This document shows positions 41,176-50,608 of a DNA stretch of 64,000 nucleotides, one piece after another. Below the pieces are notes generated by a model that had not been told where the DNA came from, searched no databases, and worked only from the letters and a program-made list of their open reading frames with translations. The DNA is from Pseudomonadota bacterium (GTDB lineage: Bacteria > Bdellovibrionota_B > Oligoflexia > Silvanigrellales > Silvanigrellaceae), in assembly GCA_039799905.1 (NCBI GenBank), contig JBDLRP010000013.1, positions 32,001-96,000 of the forward strand, written 5' to 3'. Position numbers and translations under genes: made by a program. The first letter of the stretch is position 1. Each line of letters opens with the position of its first letter.

Positions 41176-43386
41176 TCATTGAAGCAGCTCGAGCAATTCT
41201 TTTTTACTCAGCTGAGCTCCGCCCTGTATGAGATTCTGCGCAACGGTCCCGGTACCCAGACCCTCGTCAAGAACCTGCGTCGCAGTCTTCAATTTCTCAA
41301 GCACAGTCCTGCGAATGTATTCATCCACGGTGCCTTCGGCAATGAGATGAACCACCAGACAGCGCACAGCCTGCTGACCAATACGGTGGAAACGAGCCTG
41401 CGATTGAACGTAACTGCCGCTGTCGAAACTCAAATCGAGATAAATCATCGTGTCTGCAACCATGCGGCCATCACGCGGCAAAAGGGTCAAGCCCTCTTTT
41501 GCGGACTGCGGCGTTGCTATGAACATCCGGCAACTCGGATCATCCTGAAACCGCTTGACGCTCTGCTGACGCTCGCCGACATCCATTTCACCGGTGTGTC
41601 CGACGGCACCATAATTTTCGGCGTACTTTTCCACCAGCCGGTTGATGTTATCAACATAATGCGACCAGACGATGACCTTCTTGCTGTCATCGGAAAAAAC
41701 ATCTTCGAGCAGATCATCGAGCTCGTGCAGCTTGGCACTCGAACCCTTGTACTCGGGATCAAGCAATGCAGGATTGGAGGCGATCTGTGACAACCGCAAA
41801 AGTTTCACGACGATGTTTGCAGCTTCCGAGGCAATCTCCTTATCGGAAAGACCGCCGATTTCCAGCCGCAGATGATCGCGCATTTGCGCATACATATGCT
41901 TTTGCTCGGCTTTCAACTCAACAACAAAATCTTTGAAGAGCATCGGCGGCAGATCGAGAACTTCCGATTTCAGACGACGGAGGCTTGTGCGCAGGATGCG
42001 TGACTGCAATTCGTCCGGATTGCGGGTCCCGATGAATTTCTCAACACGGATGGTTTTGCGGCCGACGTTGATTTTTTGCACCTCCATCTCACAGAAGGTG
42101 TTCTTGAACGCCGGAAAGCGATTGCCGAAGGTGTCGCCCTGATCCATGACAAGATATTGAGAAAACAAGTCGATGGGCCGGTTGGCGATCGGCGTTCCTG
42201 TGGCAATGATGCATCTGCTTGAGAGCGGACGCAAACGCACTGCGGCCATCGTTGTTTGCGCCTGCAGATTCTTGATCCGCTGGCTTTCATCAAAGACCAG
42301 CGCGCAGCGAGCTCCTTCCATCCACTCCCTGAAGCGTTCCTCCTCGAGACGGAGGCCCTCATAGTGAACAAGAAAAATTGCGTTTGTACTTTTGAATGCC
42401 TTTGCGCGCTGTGCCGGTGTGCCTATCACGACGGTAAAATCGAGCGGCAGAGAAAGCCTGAGCTCCTCCTGCCATGTCTTGAGCAGCGACATTGGCACGA
42501 CAATGACAGCCCGGTCGATTTCTTTTTCCTGAAACATGATTCCGAGTGCCGAGGCTATCTGAAAGGTTTTACCGCAACCCATCTCGTCGAGCAGAGCAGC
42601 CTGCTTATTGACCAGCAAAAATTCGATGCCCGTGCGCTGGTGCAGATAGGGCTTGCGTCCGAATGTGTATTTTTCGATAGCCTTGCGCCAGTTGACGATA
42701 TCCTGCTGCACAGAAGGCTCGAAAGATTCGCCGCCGAGTTTTTCGAGATGAAAAAACGAACTGCCAAACTTCACCTTGCTTTGCGTGAGGTGTGAAATGT
42801 CTTCAAACCAACTCTCACGGACAACAATCTTTCCGAGTTTTCCCCGGCCAATGTGAGCGTAGTAGGGTGTGGATATGAATTCACCAATCGCTGCATATGC
42901 TGCTTCGGTGAGCTTGAAACCGCGCCCGAGAATGTCGAACACCTCGTCAAATGTGCCAATGAAAACCCGCCAGATTTTTTGGTCGGGATCCCATGCCCTC
43001 TCGTTGCGGTCGAGCCCCTTCATGCGTTCAACGGCGGTCTGCTCGTAAGGAAACGAAATCTTCAATTCTCCGTCGCCGAAATCAACCATCGAACGTCCCG
43101 ATGTCGTCAGTCCGGCAAGATAAATTTTCTTCAGGTTGGTGCGAATCCTATCGAGATATTCTCCGTCCAAAGGCTCACTGGATTCAAAAGGGATTCCCTT
43201 TAATTTAAGGGTTCCGACAATATCCTGCCGTGCAAAAACAGGTTCCTCCGGCGGCTTACGCGGCATGGGAAAGGTCTGGGGATTATCCTTTTGTCCAGGC
43301 GGTGGAATAACGCCAAACGCGAGTTTCACTGGTCCGCGCGGCGGCTTTGGACGAAAAGTTGATCCGCGGTTATTTCCTCTTTGCAT
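41176..43386 (-). CDS. SNF2-family ATPase/helicase with HARP-like N-terminal domain
   Basis: DEMGCGKT, DESQRIKN, TGTP, LRRLK, QARFHRIGQ. Confidence 0.9.
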   Translation of the reverse strand: MQRGNNRGSTFRPKPPRGPVKLAFGVIPPPGQKDNPQTFPMPRKPPEEPVFARQDIVGTLKLKGIPFESSEPLDGEYLDRIRTNLKKIYLAGLTTSGRSMVDFGDGELKISFPYEQTAVERMKGLDRNERAWDPDQKIWRVFIGTFDEVFDILGRGFKLTEAAYAAIGEFISTPYYAHIGRGKLGKIVVRESWFEDISHLTQSKVKFGSSFFHLEKLGGESFEPSVQQDIVNWRKAIEKYTFGRKPYLHQRTGIEFLLVNKQAALLDEMGCGKTFQIASALGIMFQEKEIDRAVIVVPMSLLKTWQEELRLSLPLDFTVVIGTPAQRAKAFKSTNAIFLVHYEGLRLEEERFREWMEGARCALVFDESQRIKNLQAQTTMAAVRLRPLSSRCIIATGTPIANRPIDLFSQYLVMDQGDTFGNRFPAFKNTFCEMEVQKINVGRKTIRVEKFIGTRNPDELQSRILRTSLRRLKSEVLDLPPMLFKDFVVELKAEQKHMYAQMRDHLRLEIGGLSDKEIASEAANIVVKLLRLSQIASNPALLDPEYKGSSAKLHELDDLLEDVFSDDSKKVIVWSHYVDNINRLVEKYAENYGAVGHTGEMDVGERQQSVKRFQDDPSCRMFIATPQSAKEGLTLLPRDGRMVADTMIYLDLSFDSGSYVQSQARFHRIGQQAVRCLVVHLIAEGTVDEYIRRTVLEKLKTATQVLDEGLGTGTVAQNLIQGGAQLSKKELLELLQ

Positions 43387-43548
43387 AGACGCTTCCCCAG
43401 CTACTCGATTGGATGCCTACGTTGGTCGCATTTCTGCTGAAAAGTTTCAACGCCAAAGCAGCACGATGTCAGAGAAATCGACTGGACAAGCGTATTGCGG
43501 GCATCTACAGTGGGGCTCCGCAGAACTCTGCAAAAATCCGAGGCAAGT

Positions 43549-44184
43549 ATGGATAAAATTATTTGTGTTGGTAAAAATTACGCCGACCACGCAGCAGAAT
43601 TGGGCGATGCTCACCCGGAAAAACCGGTCCTATTCATTAAGCCACCGAGCGTTCTGCGCGCTGCGGAAGCAAATGATGCGTTGGTCAAGTTGACACTCCC
43701 CAAACATTCCACTCAGGTGCATCACGAAGTAGAGCTTGTCTTCCGCGTTGAGAAGGATGGCTATCAGATGACTGTCGAGCAAGCTGAACGCGCGCTCGGC
43801 GCAGTGACCGTCGGCCTCGACATGACGTTGCGTGATCTGCAGGGCGAAGCCAAGAAAAAGGGTACTCCATGGACGACCGGAAAAGTCTTCCGCGATGCGG
43901 CGGTCATCGGTCCTTGGATCAGGCTCTCTGACTTTGCCGACTACAACAGTGAAATCTTCTCACTGTCGATCAACGACAAACTTGTCCAGAGCGCGACTGC
44001 TCTGAAGATGAGCCATTCTCCGGCCGCCTGCCTTGCCTATGCATCACAGTTTTTTCCGATCTGTGCAGGCGATCTGTTATTCACAGGAACTCCTGCAGGT
44101 GTCGGAGCTGTCAACGTCGGCGACAAAGGAGTGTTGATGTTCGGATCTATCCGTTTCCTTGTGGAATGGACGGAGTCACTTTGA
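43549..44184 (+). CDS. Fumarylacetoacetate hydrolase family protein
   Basis: KIICVGKNYADH, FIKP, HHEVEL, DMTLRDLQ, GDLLFTGTPAGVG. Confidence 0.92.
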   Translation: MDKIICVGKNYADHAAELGDAHPEKPVLFIKPPSVLRAAEANDALVKLTLPKHSTQVHHEVELVFRVEKDGYQMTVEQAERALGAVTVGLDMTLRDLQGEAKKKGTPWTTGKVFRDAAVIGPWIRLSDFADYNSEIFSLSINDKLVQSATALKMSHSPAACLAYASQFFPICAGDLLFTGTPAGVGAVNVGDKGVLMFGSIRFLVEWTESL

Positions 44185-44779
44185 GATCACGCAGACCGCC
44201 GGATTTTTTCCAGGTGACTTCAGCGACACCTGATTTGTGCTGAACCCATCGTGAAGCTACGAAAAGAAAATCCGACAAACGGTTCAAAAATGGTACGGCC
44301 TGCGGATTGATTTCCGCGTGTTCCTGAAGCTGCACTGCTATTCGCTCGGCCCGCCTGCAAACCGTGCGCGCCAGATGCAAGTCGGCATTCATCCGCGTTC
44401 CGCCCGGCAATACAAACTCCCTGAGAGGCGGAAGAACTTCCTGCAGCTCGTCGATCATCTGCTCAAGGCGGGTGATCTCCGATTCGCCAACAACGATCAT
44501 GTTTTCCCAACGAGACGCAATCGGCGTTGCGAGATCTCCGCCAAGATTGAACAAATCATTCTGGATACACTCGAGCCATGCATCGAGCGTTGCAATGGAA
44601 TCTACCTGCAGAACGCCCGACTCCTGCAACGAACTTCTGCACACTCCAACGAGCGCGTTGAGTTCATCGACAGTGCCATACGTTTCAAGGCGAAGATCGG
44701 CTTTCGACACTCGTGAGCCGTCGGCGAGGCTTGTGGTTCCCTTGTCGCCGGTTTTTGTATAAACGCGGGTAATTCTCAC
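44147..44779 (-). CDS. ATP:cob(I)alamin adenosyltransferase (PduO type)
   Basis: YTKTGDKGTT, YGTVDELN, FVLPGG, RTVCRRAER, LNRLSD. Confidence 0.94.
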   Translation of the reverse strand: MRITRVYTKTGDKGTTSLADGSRVSKADLRLETYGTVDELNALVGVCRSSLQESGVLQVDSIATLDAWLECIQNDLFNLGGDLATPIASRWENMIVVGESEITRLEQMIDELQEVLPPLREFVLPGGTRMNADLHLARTVCRRAERIAVQLQEHAEINPQAVPFLNRLSDFLFVASRWVQHKSGVAEVTWKKSGGLRDLKVTPSIPQGNG

Positions 44780-44788
44780 TTCACTTCC

Positions 44789-46225
44789 TCAATCAACGGA
44801 ATCAAGAAACGGACTCCAAACCGGCATCACGACATCGTGAAGCGGGATGCTGAGCGGACGCACGTTCGTTCCGTCCCGGCTCATCACATAAAGCTTGTAG
44901 TTATTCGCCTTTCCACGGCCTTTGAGCAAGCGGTTTGACTGAAAAACAATGAATCTTCCATCCGGAGACCACGACGGTTTCTCGTTGTCTCCCTGGTCGA
45001 GTGTGAGGCGCTCCATCTGACGACCATCGGGATTCACAGTGAAAATGTCATACCGGTCAATGTCGCGATCGTATCCAGCAAATGCCAGTTTGCGACCGTC
45101 TCGCCGCCATGAGGGCGACGAATTGTACCAACCGGCAAAGGTGATGCGGGTATCACTGTCGACGCGCAGATCTCGAATGAACAGATGCGGATTGCCGAAG
45201 CGTCCACTGACAAACGCAACCTTGCCGCCATCAGGGGAATAGGCGGGCTCGACCTCGAGTCCGCTTCCGCTGATGAAGGTTTTTCGATCGCTGCCGTCCA
45301 GCGAATTGACGGTAAAAATACTCGTGAGTCCGGAGTGACTTCCCGAGAATGCGATCTTGCGTCCGTCCGGGTGCCAGTTTGCTCCGGAGTTGTTGCCAAA
45401 TCCGGCGGTCAGTTTGGAAGTTTTCTGCGTCAGCATGTTGTAGACAAAGATGTCGGCCTTGCCATCGCGGAACGAAGTGTATGTGAGTTTTGTTCCGTCG
45501 GGTGACCATGATGGGCTCATGTTGATCGAGCCGTTGTTGGTGACCTGCCGCAAACCCGATCCGTCGAGATTGGCAACAAAAATCTGCCGCGGCTCACCGC
45601 TTTTGCGGGTTCCGGCAAACGCCAATTTTGTGGAGAAGATTCCCTTCTCACCAGTCAGTTTTTCAATGCATTTATCGGCGAATCTGCGGAGTGCGCGATC
45701 GAGATCACTCACCTCGAAGTCGGAGTAACGGACACCATGCAGCTGTCTGCGCCGTTTGACATCAAAGAAGCGCATCTCGAGCGTGTACTTGCCAATCGCG
45801 GTACTGGGAACAAATTTACCGAGAATGACCCCCTCTGTTTGCAACGGAGCCCATTCATCATACTGGATGGGCTTGATTGCTATATTGCCCTTGGCAAGAA
45901 AACTCGCTGCCGGCACAAAATCGAATGAACCCATAAATGAAAAAATATCGGCCAGCTTGTTTGCGGCAAACTCGCGGTCGGCTTCCGACACCGATGAACC
46001 AGGCTCCAATCCGAACATGGGAATTGCCATCTTGAATTTTCGAGCTCCGGCGCGTCCAACATCGATAAATAACTCACCGTCGGCCGACTGGGCAGTTGCA
46101 GCCGGAGTTGCTGGCGGCGGGGCTGCATGGAGTGATGGCTGCACGCCGCAAACAAACAACATCAGTGCAAAAAAACAAACAGTCTTGGATGACAAACCGA
46201 AACTTTTTAATTTGTTCACAATCAT
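44789..46225 (-). CDS. tolB: Tol-Pal beta-propeller protein TolB
   Basis: Signal peptide, TolB N-domain, repeated P.WSPDG units. Confidence 0.92.
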   Translation of the reverse strand: MIVNKLKSFGLSSKTVCFFALMLFVCGVQPSLHAAPPPATPAATAQSADGELFIDVGRAGARKFKMAIPMFGLEPGSSVSEADREFAANKLADIFSFMGSFDFVPAASFLAKGNIAIKPIQYDEWAPLQTEGVILGKFVPSTAIGKYTLEMRFFDVKRRRQLHGVRYSDFEVSDLDRALRRFADKCIEKLTGEKGIFSTKLAFAGTRKSGEPRQIFVANLDGSGLRQVTNNGSINMSPSWSPDGTKLTYTSFRDGKADIFVYNMLTQKTSKLTAGFGNNSGANWHPDGRKIAFSGSHSGLTSIFTVNSLDGSDRKTFISGSGLEVEPAYSPDGGKVAFVSGRFGNPHLFIRDLRVDSDTRITFAGWYNSSPSWRRDGRKLAFAGYDRDIDRYDIFTVNPDGRQMERLTLDQGDNEKPSWSPDGRFIVFQSNRLLKGRGKANNYKLYVMSRDGTNVRPLSIPLHDVVMPVWSPFLDSVD

Positions 46226-46234
46226 ATACTGACC

Positions 46235-47428
46235 CTAAAAATTGATGCTGTTGGGCGAAAATTTCATACGCAGTGAAAGCTTTTGTCCCATTTCCTTGGG
46301 CAGATCCGGAAACGGACCTGCAGCCTCAAGTGCCTTCATCGCCTCTTCGTCAAAACGCGCATTGCCACTTCCCTTGACTACCCTCACACGACCAAGAATC
46401 CGACCGTAGCCATTGATGTCAAAACCAAGCACAACTTCGAGCTTCGACTCAAAAGTCATCACATCGGGAAGACTCCAGTGCTTGCGCATGTGCATGGCAG
46501 CAGCTTGAGCGTACTCATTGCGCACCTGCAATCCCGCCTTGCCTTGCAAACTTCCTGCCTGAGTCAAAGTCGATGGTGGCTTTGGCAAATCACGCCCGAG
46601 AGGATTTATGGGGATATCGGTCGGACGATTGAAAACATCATTGGCGGTTTTTTTATCAGTGCCGGCGCGCTCCTTTGCACCGACAGCACGCTGTTCCTTT
46701 TCAAGACGCTTGGCGAGTTCTTCAAGTTTCATTTTCTTTGCCGCTGCCGGATCAACCCGCTCAACAACAGGAGCCGGTGTGGGTGCCGTCGTCGGCGCGG
46801 GTGTCGGTGTAACGGCCGCCACAGCTGTGGGGACCGGCGTTGCAGCCACCGCATCTGGTGAGGCGAGCGAATTGTCCGCAGGTGCGGGAGTTGCAGCATC
46901 AATTGTCAGTGATTTGGGTAACTGCGGCAGCTGTTGTGCAGTTTTGAGCGCCTCAGCTTCAAGTTTCTCATCGGCAATTTTTCCGTCCGGCAGAGCCTTG
47001 CCCAAATCTGGAGAAAGCCCAAAGGCAACCTCAATCGGTTCTGATTCAAGTTTGTCAAACGGATTGCTGATTTCACTGAATTGCATGAATCCTATAATGA
47101 TGCCGGCCACAACGGCATGCCACAGGATGGAAAAACCAAGCGGCCACGGACCGAGTCCGTCGTCTTCGAGATTTTCCAAACGCAGCCTCTGCGCAAATGC
47201 ATGATCATCAATTCGCGGCTCGGGAGAAATCATAAACCGCGCAGAAAAGGGAACTTCCAGATCAGGTTCGGGCAAAAACTCTTGCGAGAGAGCTTCGTTC
47301 CAAAGCAGCTCCGGCTCCTTGCGCGGCTGAGCAAGATTTTCACCGGCAATCCAAAGCATTTCATCGCCGTCAATGTGCGGCGATGCCTTGAGTGCAATGC
47401 TGCTGTCCGTGCTTGAGTTAGACATCAT
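46235..47428 (-). CDS. tolA: TolA/TonB-like inner-membrane protein
   Basis: TM helix with SILWH motif, Pro/Ala/Thr-rich stalk, C-terminal SG..RFD..A...PFP; lies between tolR and tolB. Confidence 0.75.
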   Translation of the reverse strand: MMSNSSTDSSIALKASPHIDGDEMLWIAGENLAQPRKEPELLWNEALSQEFLPEPDLEVPFSARFMISPEPRIDDHAFAQRLRLENLEDDGLGPWPLGFSILWHAVVAGIIIGFMQFSEISNPFDKLESEPIEVAFGLSPDLGKALPDGKIADEKLEAEALKTAQQLPQLPKSLTIDAATPAPADNSLASPDAVAATPVPTAVAAVTPTPAPTTAPTPAPVVERVDPAAAKKMKLEELAKRLEKEQRAVGAKERAGTDKKTANDVFNRPTDIPINPLGRDLPKPPSTLTQAGSLQGKAGLQVRNEYAQAAAMHMRKHWSLPDVMTFESKLEVVLGFDINGYGRILGRVRVVKGSGNARFDEEAMKALEAAGPFPDLPKEMGQKLSLRMKFSPNSINF

Positions 47429-47884
47429 TTACCGAGCCTTCGCCCCGCTTCCGGTTCCTTCGCCCATCATGCCGATCTTTTTTGCGCCGGCGTTTTGCGC
47501 AGCCGTCATGGCGTCCATGACTTTGGCGTACATCACTTCACGATCTGCGCGGATGAATACAGTCGGCTGTTCCTGTCCCACGAGCGCGGCCTGAATCTTG
47601 CTCGTCAGTTCATCTTTACGCACCGCTTTTTTGCCGAGAAAAAATTCGCCCTGCTCAGAAATCGAAACGACCACCGGATCCTGTCCGAGACTCAGCGTCT
47701 TGGCCTTCGATTTTGGCAGCTGGATGTCAACACCCGACACGGCAAATGGGGCAGTCACCATGAAAATAATCAGCAACACCAACATAACATCCACGAACGG
47801 CGTGATGTTGATGTCGGCCAAAAGTGATGAGCGTCCAAATGACGAGGAGCCCGATTCCTCGCCGTCGCCGGTTCTCATTGCCAT
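47429..47884 (-). CDS. tolR: TolR
   Basis: INITPFVDVMLVLLIIFMVTAP, IRAD...Y. Confidence 0.92.
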   Translation of the reverse strand: MAMRTGDGEESGSSSFGRSSLLADINITPFVDVMLVLLIIFMVTAPFAVSGVDIQLPKSKAKTLSLGQDPVVVSISEQGEFFLGKKAVRKDELTSKIQAALVGQEQPTVFIRADREVMYAKVMDAMTAAQNAGAKKIGMMGEGTGSGAKAR

Positions 47885-47916
47885 GAATTCACCTCATGCT
47901 CTGCAAGTCAGACGGT

Positions 47917-48684
47917 TCAGGCTTCAGCGATAGTCGACAGGGCCGAGCCGGAAGCGGGTGCGTGCTGCACCGCTTGCTCAGAGCGTCCCAGATTAAAATG
48001 ACGCTCGAGAATATTGAGAAAGTCAGTCGAAAATCCTTCGAGAATCAACAGCTGCTGACGCGCCTTACCGGCAAAGAAGTTGTATGCAATGACCGCCGGA
48101 ATTGCAGCTGCAAGTCCGAGCGCCGTTGCGATGAGTGCCTCAGAGATACCGGGAGCAACCGCAGCAAGGCTGGACGAACCTGTTTGTCCGATGTCATGGA
48201 AGGCGCGGATGATACCGACAACCGTACCAAATAGCCCGATGAACGGACACGCCGAGGCAGAAACAGCCAAAAAGGTCATGTTGCGCGACAACTGCACTTC
48301 TTCCAATTGACGCGACTTTCCAAGCGCTCGACGGACTGTGTCAATCGACAATGGAGCGCTCGACGAGAGTCCGCGCTTTTCACGGACCTGCAGCACTCGC
48401 ACCATCTCATTGTAGCCTGAGCGAAAAACTTCCCGCGCCGGGCTGTAGTCAAGATCTTTGAGCTTGCCGTTGAGGTCGGAGAGACTCTTGGAATCCCAGA
48501 ACTCCTGCATGAAGTCGTCGGACATCATCTGCAGGTGACGCAAAGCTCGCCAGCGCTCAAAAATGACCGCCCAAGTCGCAACCGACAGAAGGACAAGGAG
48601 AATAAGAATAGAAACACCAACAGGACCGCCGTTGGTCAGAACGGAAAGCCAGTTAACGCCATCGAGCTGTGTTGCGTCGGCCAT
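47917..48684 (-). CDS. tolQ: TolQ
   Basis: PFIGLFGTVVGI, VAPGISEALIATALGL. Confidence 0.92.
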   Translation of the reverse strand: MADATQLDGVNWLSVLTNGGPVGVSILILLVLLSVATWAVIFERWRALRHLQMMSDDFMQEFWDSKSLSDLNGKLKDLDYSPAREVFRSGYNEMVRVLQVREKRGLSSSAPLSIDTVRRALGKSRQLEEVQLSRNMTFLAVSASACPFIGLFGTVVGIIRAFHDIGQTGSSSLAAVAPGISEALIATALGLAAAIPAVIAYNFFAGKARQQLLILEGFSTDFLNILERHFNLGRSEQAVQHAPASGSALSTIAEA

Positions 48685-48719
48685 AGGAACTCCTCATATA
48701 TGCCCTCACGGATCATATC

Positions 48720-49439
48720 TTACGATTCCTGCAACCCTGGCACCAATCCTCTGTCAACACACAGATTTAAGATTGCCCGCACGACAGCGGCCGGCTCGAG
48801 TTCAGTCGAATCCAGTAAGACAGCATCCTCCGCCGCGCGCATGGGAGCGACCAATCGATTGGCATCACGCGCATCACGCTCGTGAATCTCACGAATCAGT
48901 TCATCCAGACTCGGTTCAAGGTTTTGCGAACGCAATTCCTCGAGCCGCCGCTGGGCCCGCTGCTCCGGCGAAGCTGTCAGGAATATTTTCAGCGGAGCGT
49001 CGGGAAATACAACTGTCCCCATGTCACGTCCGTCCACAACCGCCCCATTGCAATCCAGAACGACTTTCCTTTGAACGGGCAGAAGGCGCCTGCGGACGAG
49101 TTCATCCTGAGCCACCAAACTGGCCTGCTCAGAAACAAAAGGAGTGCGGATTTCGTGGGTAATTTCGCGATCGCCAAGAAAAACGCGCCCGCTGCGCGGG
49201 TCCTGCCGGTAGCGTTCCGAGAGGAAAGCAACGAAACGCTCAATCGAGCCACGGTCTTGAACACCGGTTCCTGCCTCAAAAAGCATCAATGCAAGTGTCC
49301 GATAAATGGCGCCCGTGGTGACATAAATCCAACCGAGCCGATGGGCGAGGATCCTCGAGACCGTGCTCTTGCCCGATCCAGCCGGCCCATCGATGGTGAT
49401 GACTTTGACGCTTTCTTGGTTTGTGACGACAAGGGTCAT
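48720..49439 (-). CDS. cmk: Cytidylate kinase
   Basis: IDGPAGSGKST, TGAIYR, DGRDMGTVVFPDA, RDARD; ATGA overlap with accA stop. Confidence 0.95.
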   Translation of the reverse strand: MTLVVTNQESVKVITIDGPAGSGKSTVSRILAHRLGWIYVTTGAIYRTLALMLFEAGTGVQDRGSIERFVAFLSERYRQDPRSGRVFLGDREITHEIRTPFVSEQASLVAQDELVRRRLLPVQRKVVLDCNGAVVDGRDMGTVVFPDAPLKIFLTASPEQRAQRRLEELRSQNLEPSLDELIREIHERDARDANRLVAPMRAAEDAVLLDSTELEPAAVVRAILNLCVDRGLVPGLQES

Positions 49440-50515
49440 GAGAGCGGAAAGTCTCCGGTGAAGCCGGTTGTTTTGGACAGCTGCTCCCAGCTTTGCGTCC
49501 AAGCCGGAACAGGAGCAGCCTCGGTGCGAAACGGCGACACGGGCTCTCGGCTTTCCACTTTGCCCATCGCTGCGAATTTTTGGTGGCGTTGTTTTTTGAG
49601 TTGCTCCGAGCTCATTTTTCCGAGCTCGAGCAGATGTTTTTCAAGCACATCGCCGACACTGTTGATGGCTTCGACAGGCTTCCAGTGAGCTGCCCCAAGC
49701 GGCTCGGGGATGATCTCATCTATGACGCCCAGATTCAGAGCATTTTGAGCCGTCACCCCGAGTGCAGCGGCTGCGCGGTCGGCCTGTGTTCCGTCTTTCC
49801 ACAGAATGGACGCGCAACCCTCAGGAGAAATCACGCTGTAGGTGCTGTATTGAAGCATGAGAACACGATTTCCAACGCCGATAGCCAGGGCACCGCCGCT
49901 GCCGCCTTCTCCGACGACTACCGAAATAATCGGAACACCAAGTTTGAACATAACCATGATATTTTTTGCGATGGCCTCACTCTGACCACGCTCTTCGGCG
50001 TCAATCCCTGGATACGCGCCAGGCGTGTCGATAAACGTGACGATGGGCAGCTTGAAGCGTTCGGCAAGCGTCATCAGACGAAGCGCCTTTCGGTATCCCT
50101 CCGGCCTTGGCATACCAAAGTTTCTCTTCATGTTTTCTTTTGTGCCACGACCCTTCTGGTGTCCCACGAAAACTACCCGGTGGCCACGGAATGTGCCGAG
50201 GCCGCCGACAATTGCCGCGTCGTCCATGAAGTTGCGGTCGCCCTGCAGTTCAATAAAGTCGTCACAGAGCTGATTCACGATATCGAGGGTGTAGGGTCTG
50301 TGGGGATGGCGGCTCAGCTGCGTAATCTCATATGGAGTCAGATTGGAGAAAATCTGCTTTGCGAGCGTTTCAAACTGCTCGTCGAGAACCTTAATCTCGG
50401 CACCGAGCTCCTTCTCGTTTTTTCCCGACAGCTGCGACTGGCGAGCCTGAGCGCGCAATTCGTTGATGCGGTTGCTCAACTCCAACAACGGACGCTCGAG
50501 GGGTAAAACCTCCAT
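49436..50515 (-). CDS. accA: Acetyl-CoA carboxylase carboxyltransferase alpha subunit
   Basis: RHPHRP, NFGMPRPEGYRKA, DTPGAYPG, GEGGSGGA, SVISPEGCASILW. Confidence 0.97.
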   Translation of the reverse strand: MEVLPLERPLLELSNRINELRAQARQSQLSGKNEKELGAEIKVLDEQFETLAKQIFSNLTPYEITQLSRHPHRPYTLDIVNQLCDDFIELQGDRNFMDDAAIVGGLGTFRGHRVVFVGHQKGRGTKENMKRNFGMPRPEGYRKALRLMTLAERFKLPIVTFIDTPGAYPGIDAEERGQSEAIAKNIMVMFKLGVPIISVVVGEGGSGGALAIGVGNRVLMLQYSTYSVISPEGCASILWKDGTQADRAAAALGVTAQNALNLGVIDEIIPEPLGAAHWKPVEAINSVGDVLEKHLLELGKMSSEQLKKQRHQKFAAMGKVESREPVSPFRTEAAPVPAWTQSWEQLSKTTGFTGDFPLS

Positions 50516-50608
50516 GATCCTGTCCTCACTTTTTTGAGAGCTGTTTCACAGTTGCGACCCCGACGTGGTAACAAATCAGTGGGGTATGGTCAAAAAGGAG
50601 GTCCACCG

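Noticed and set aside
44147..44184. 38-bp convergent overlap between the FAH gene and pduO
   Set aside because: Short tail-to-tail overlaps are common in compact genomes and both tails look non-conserved
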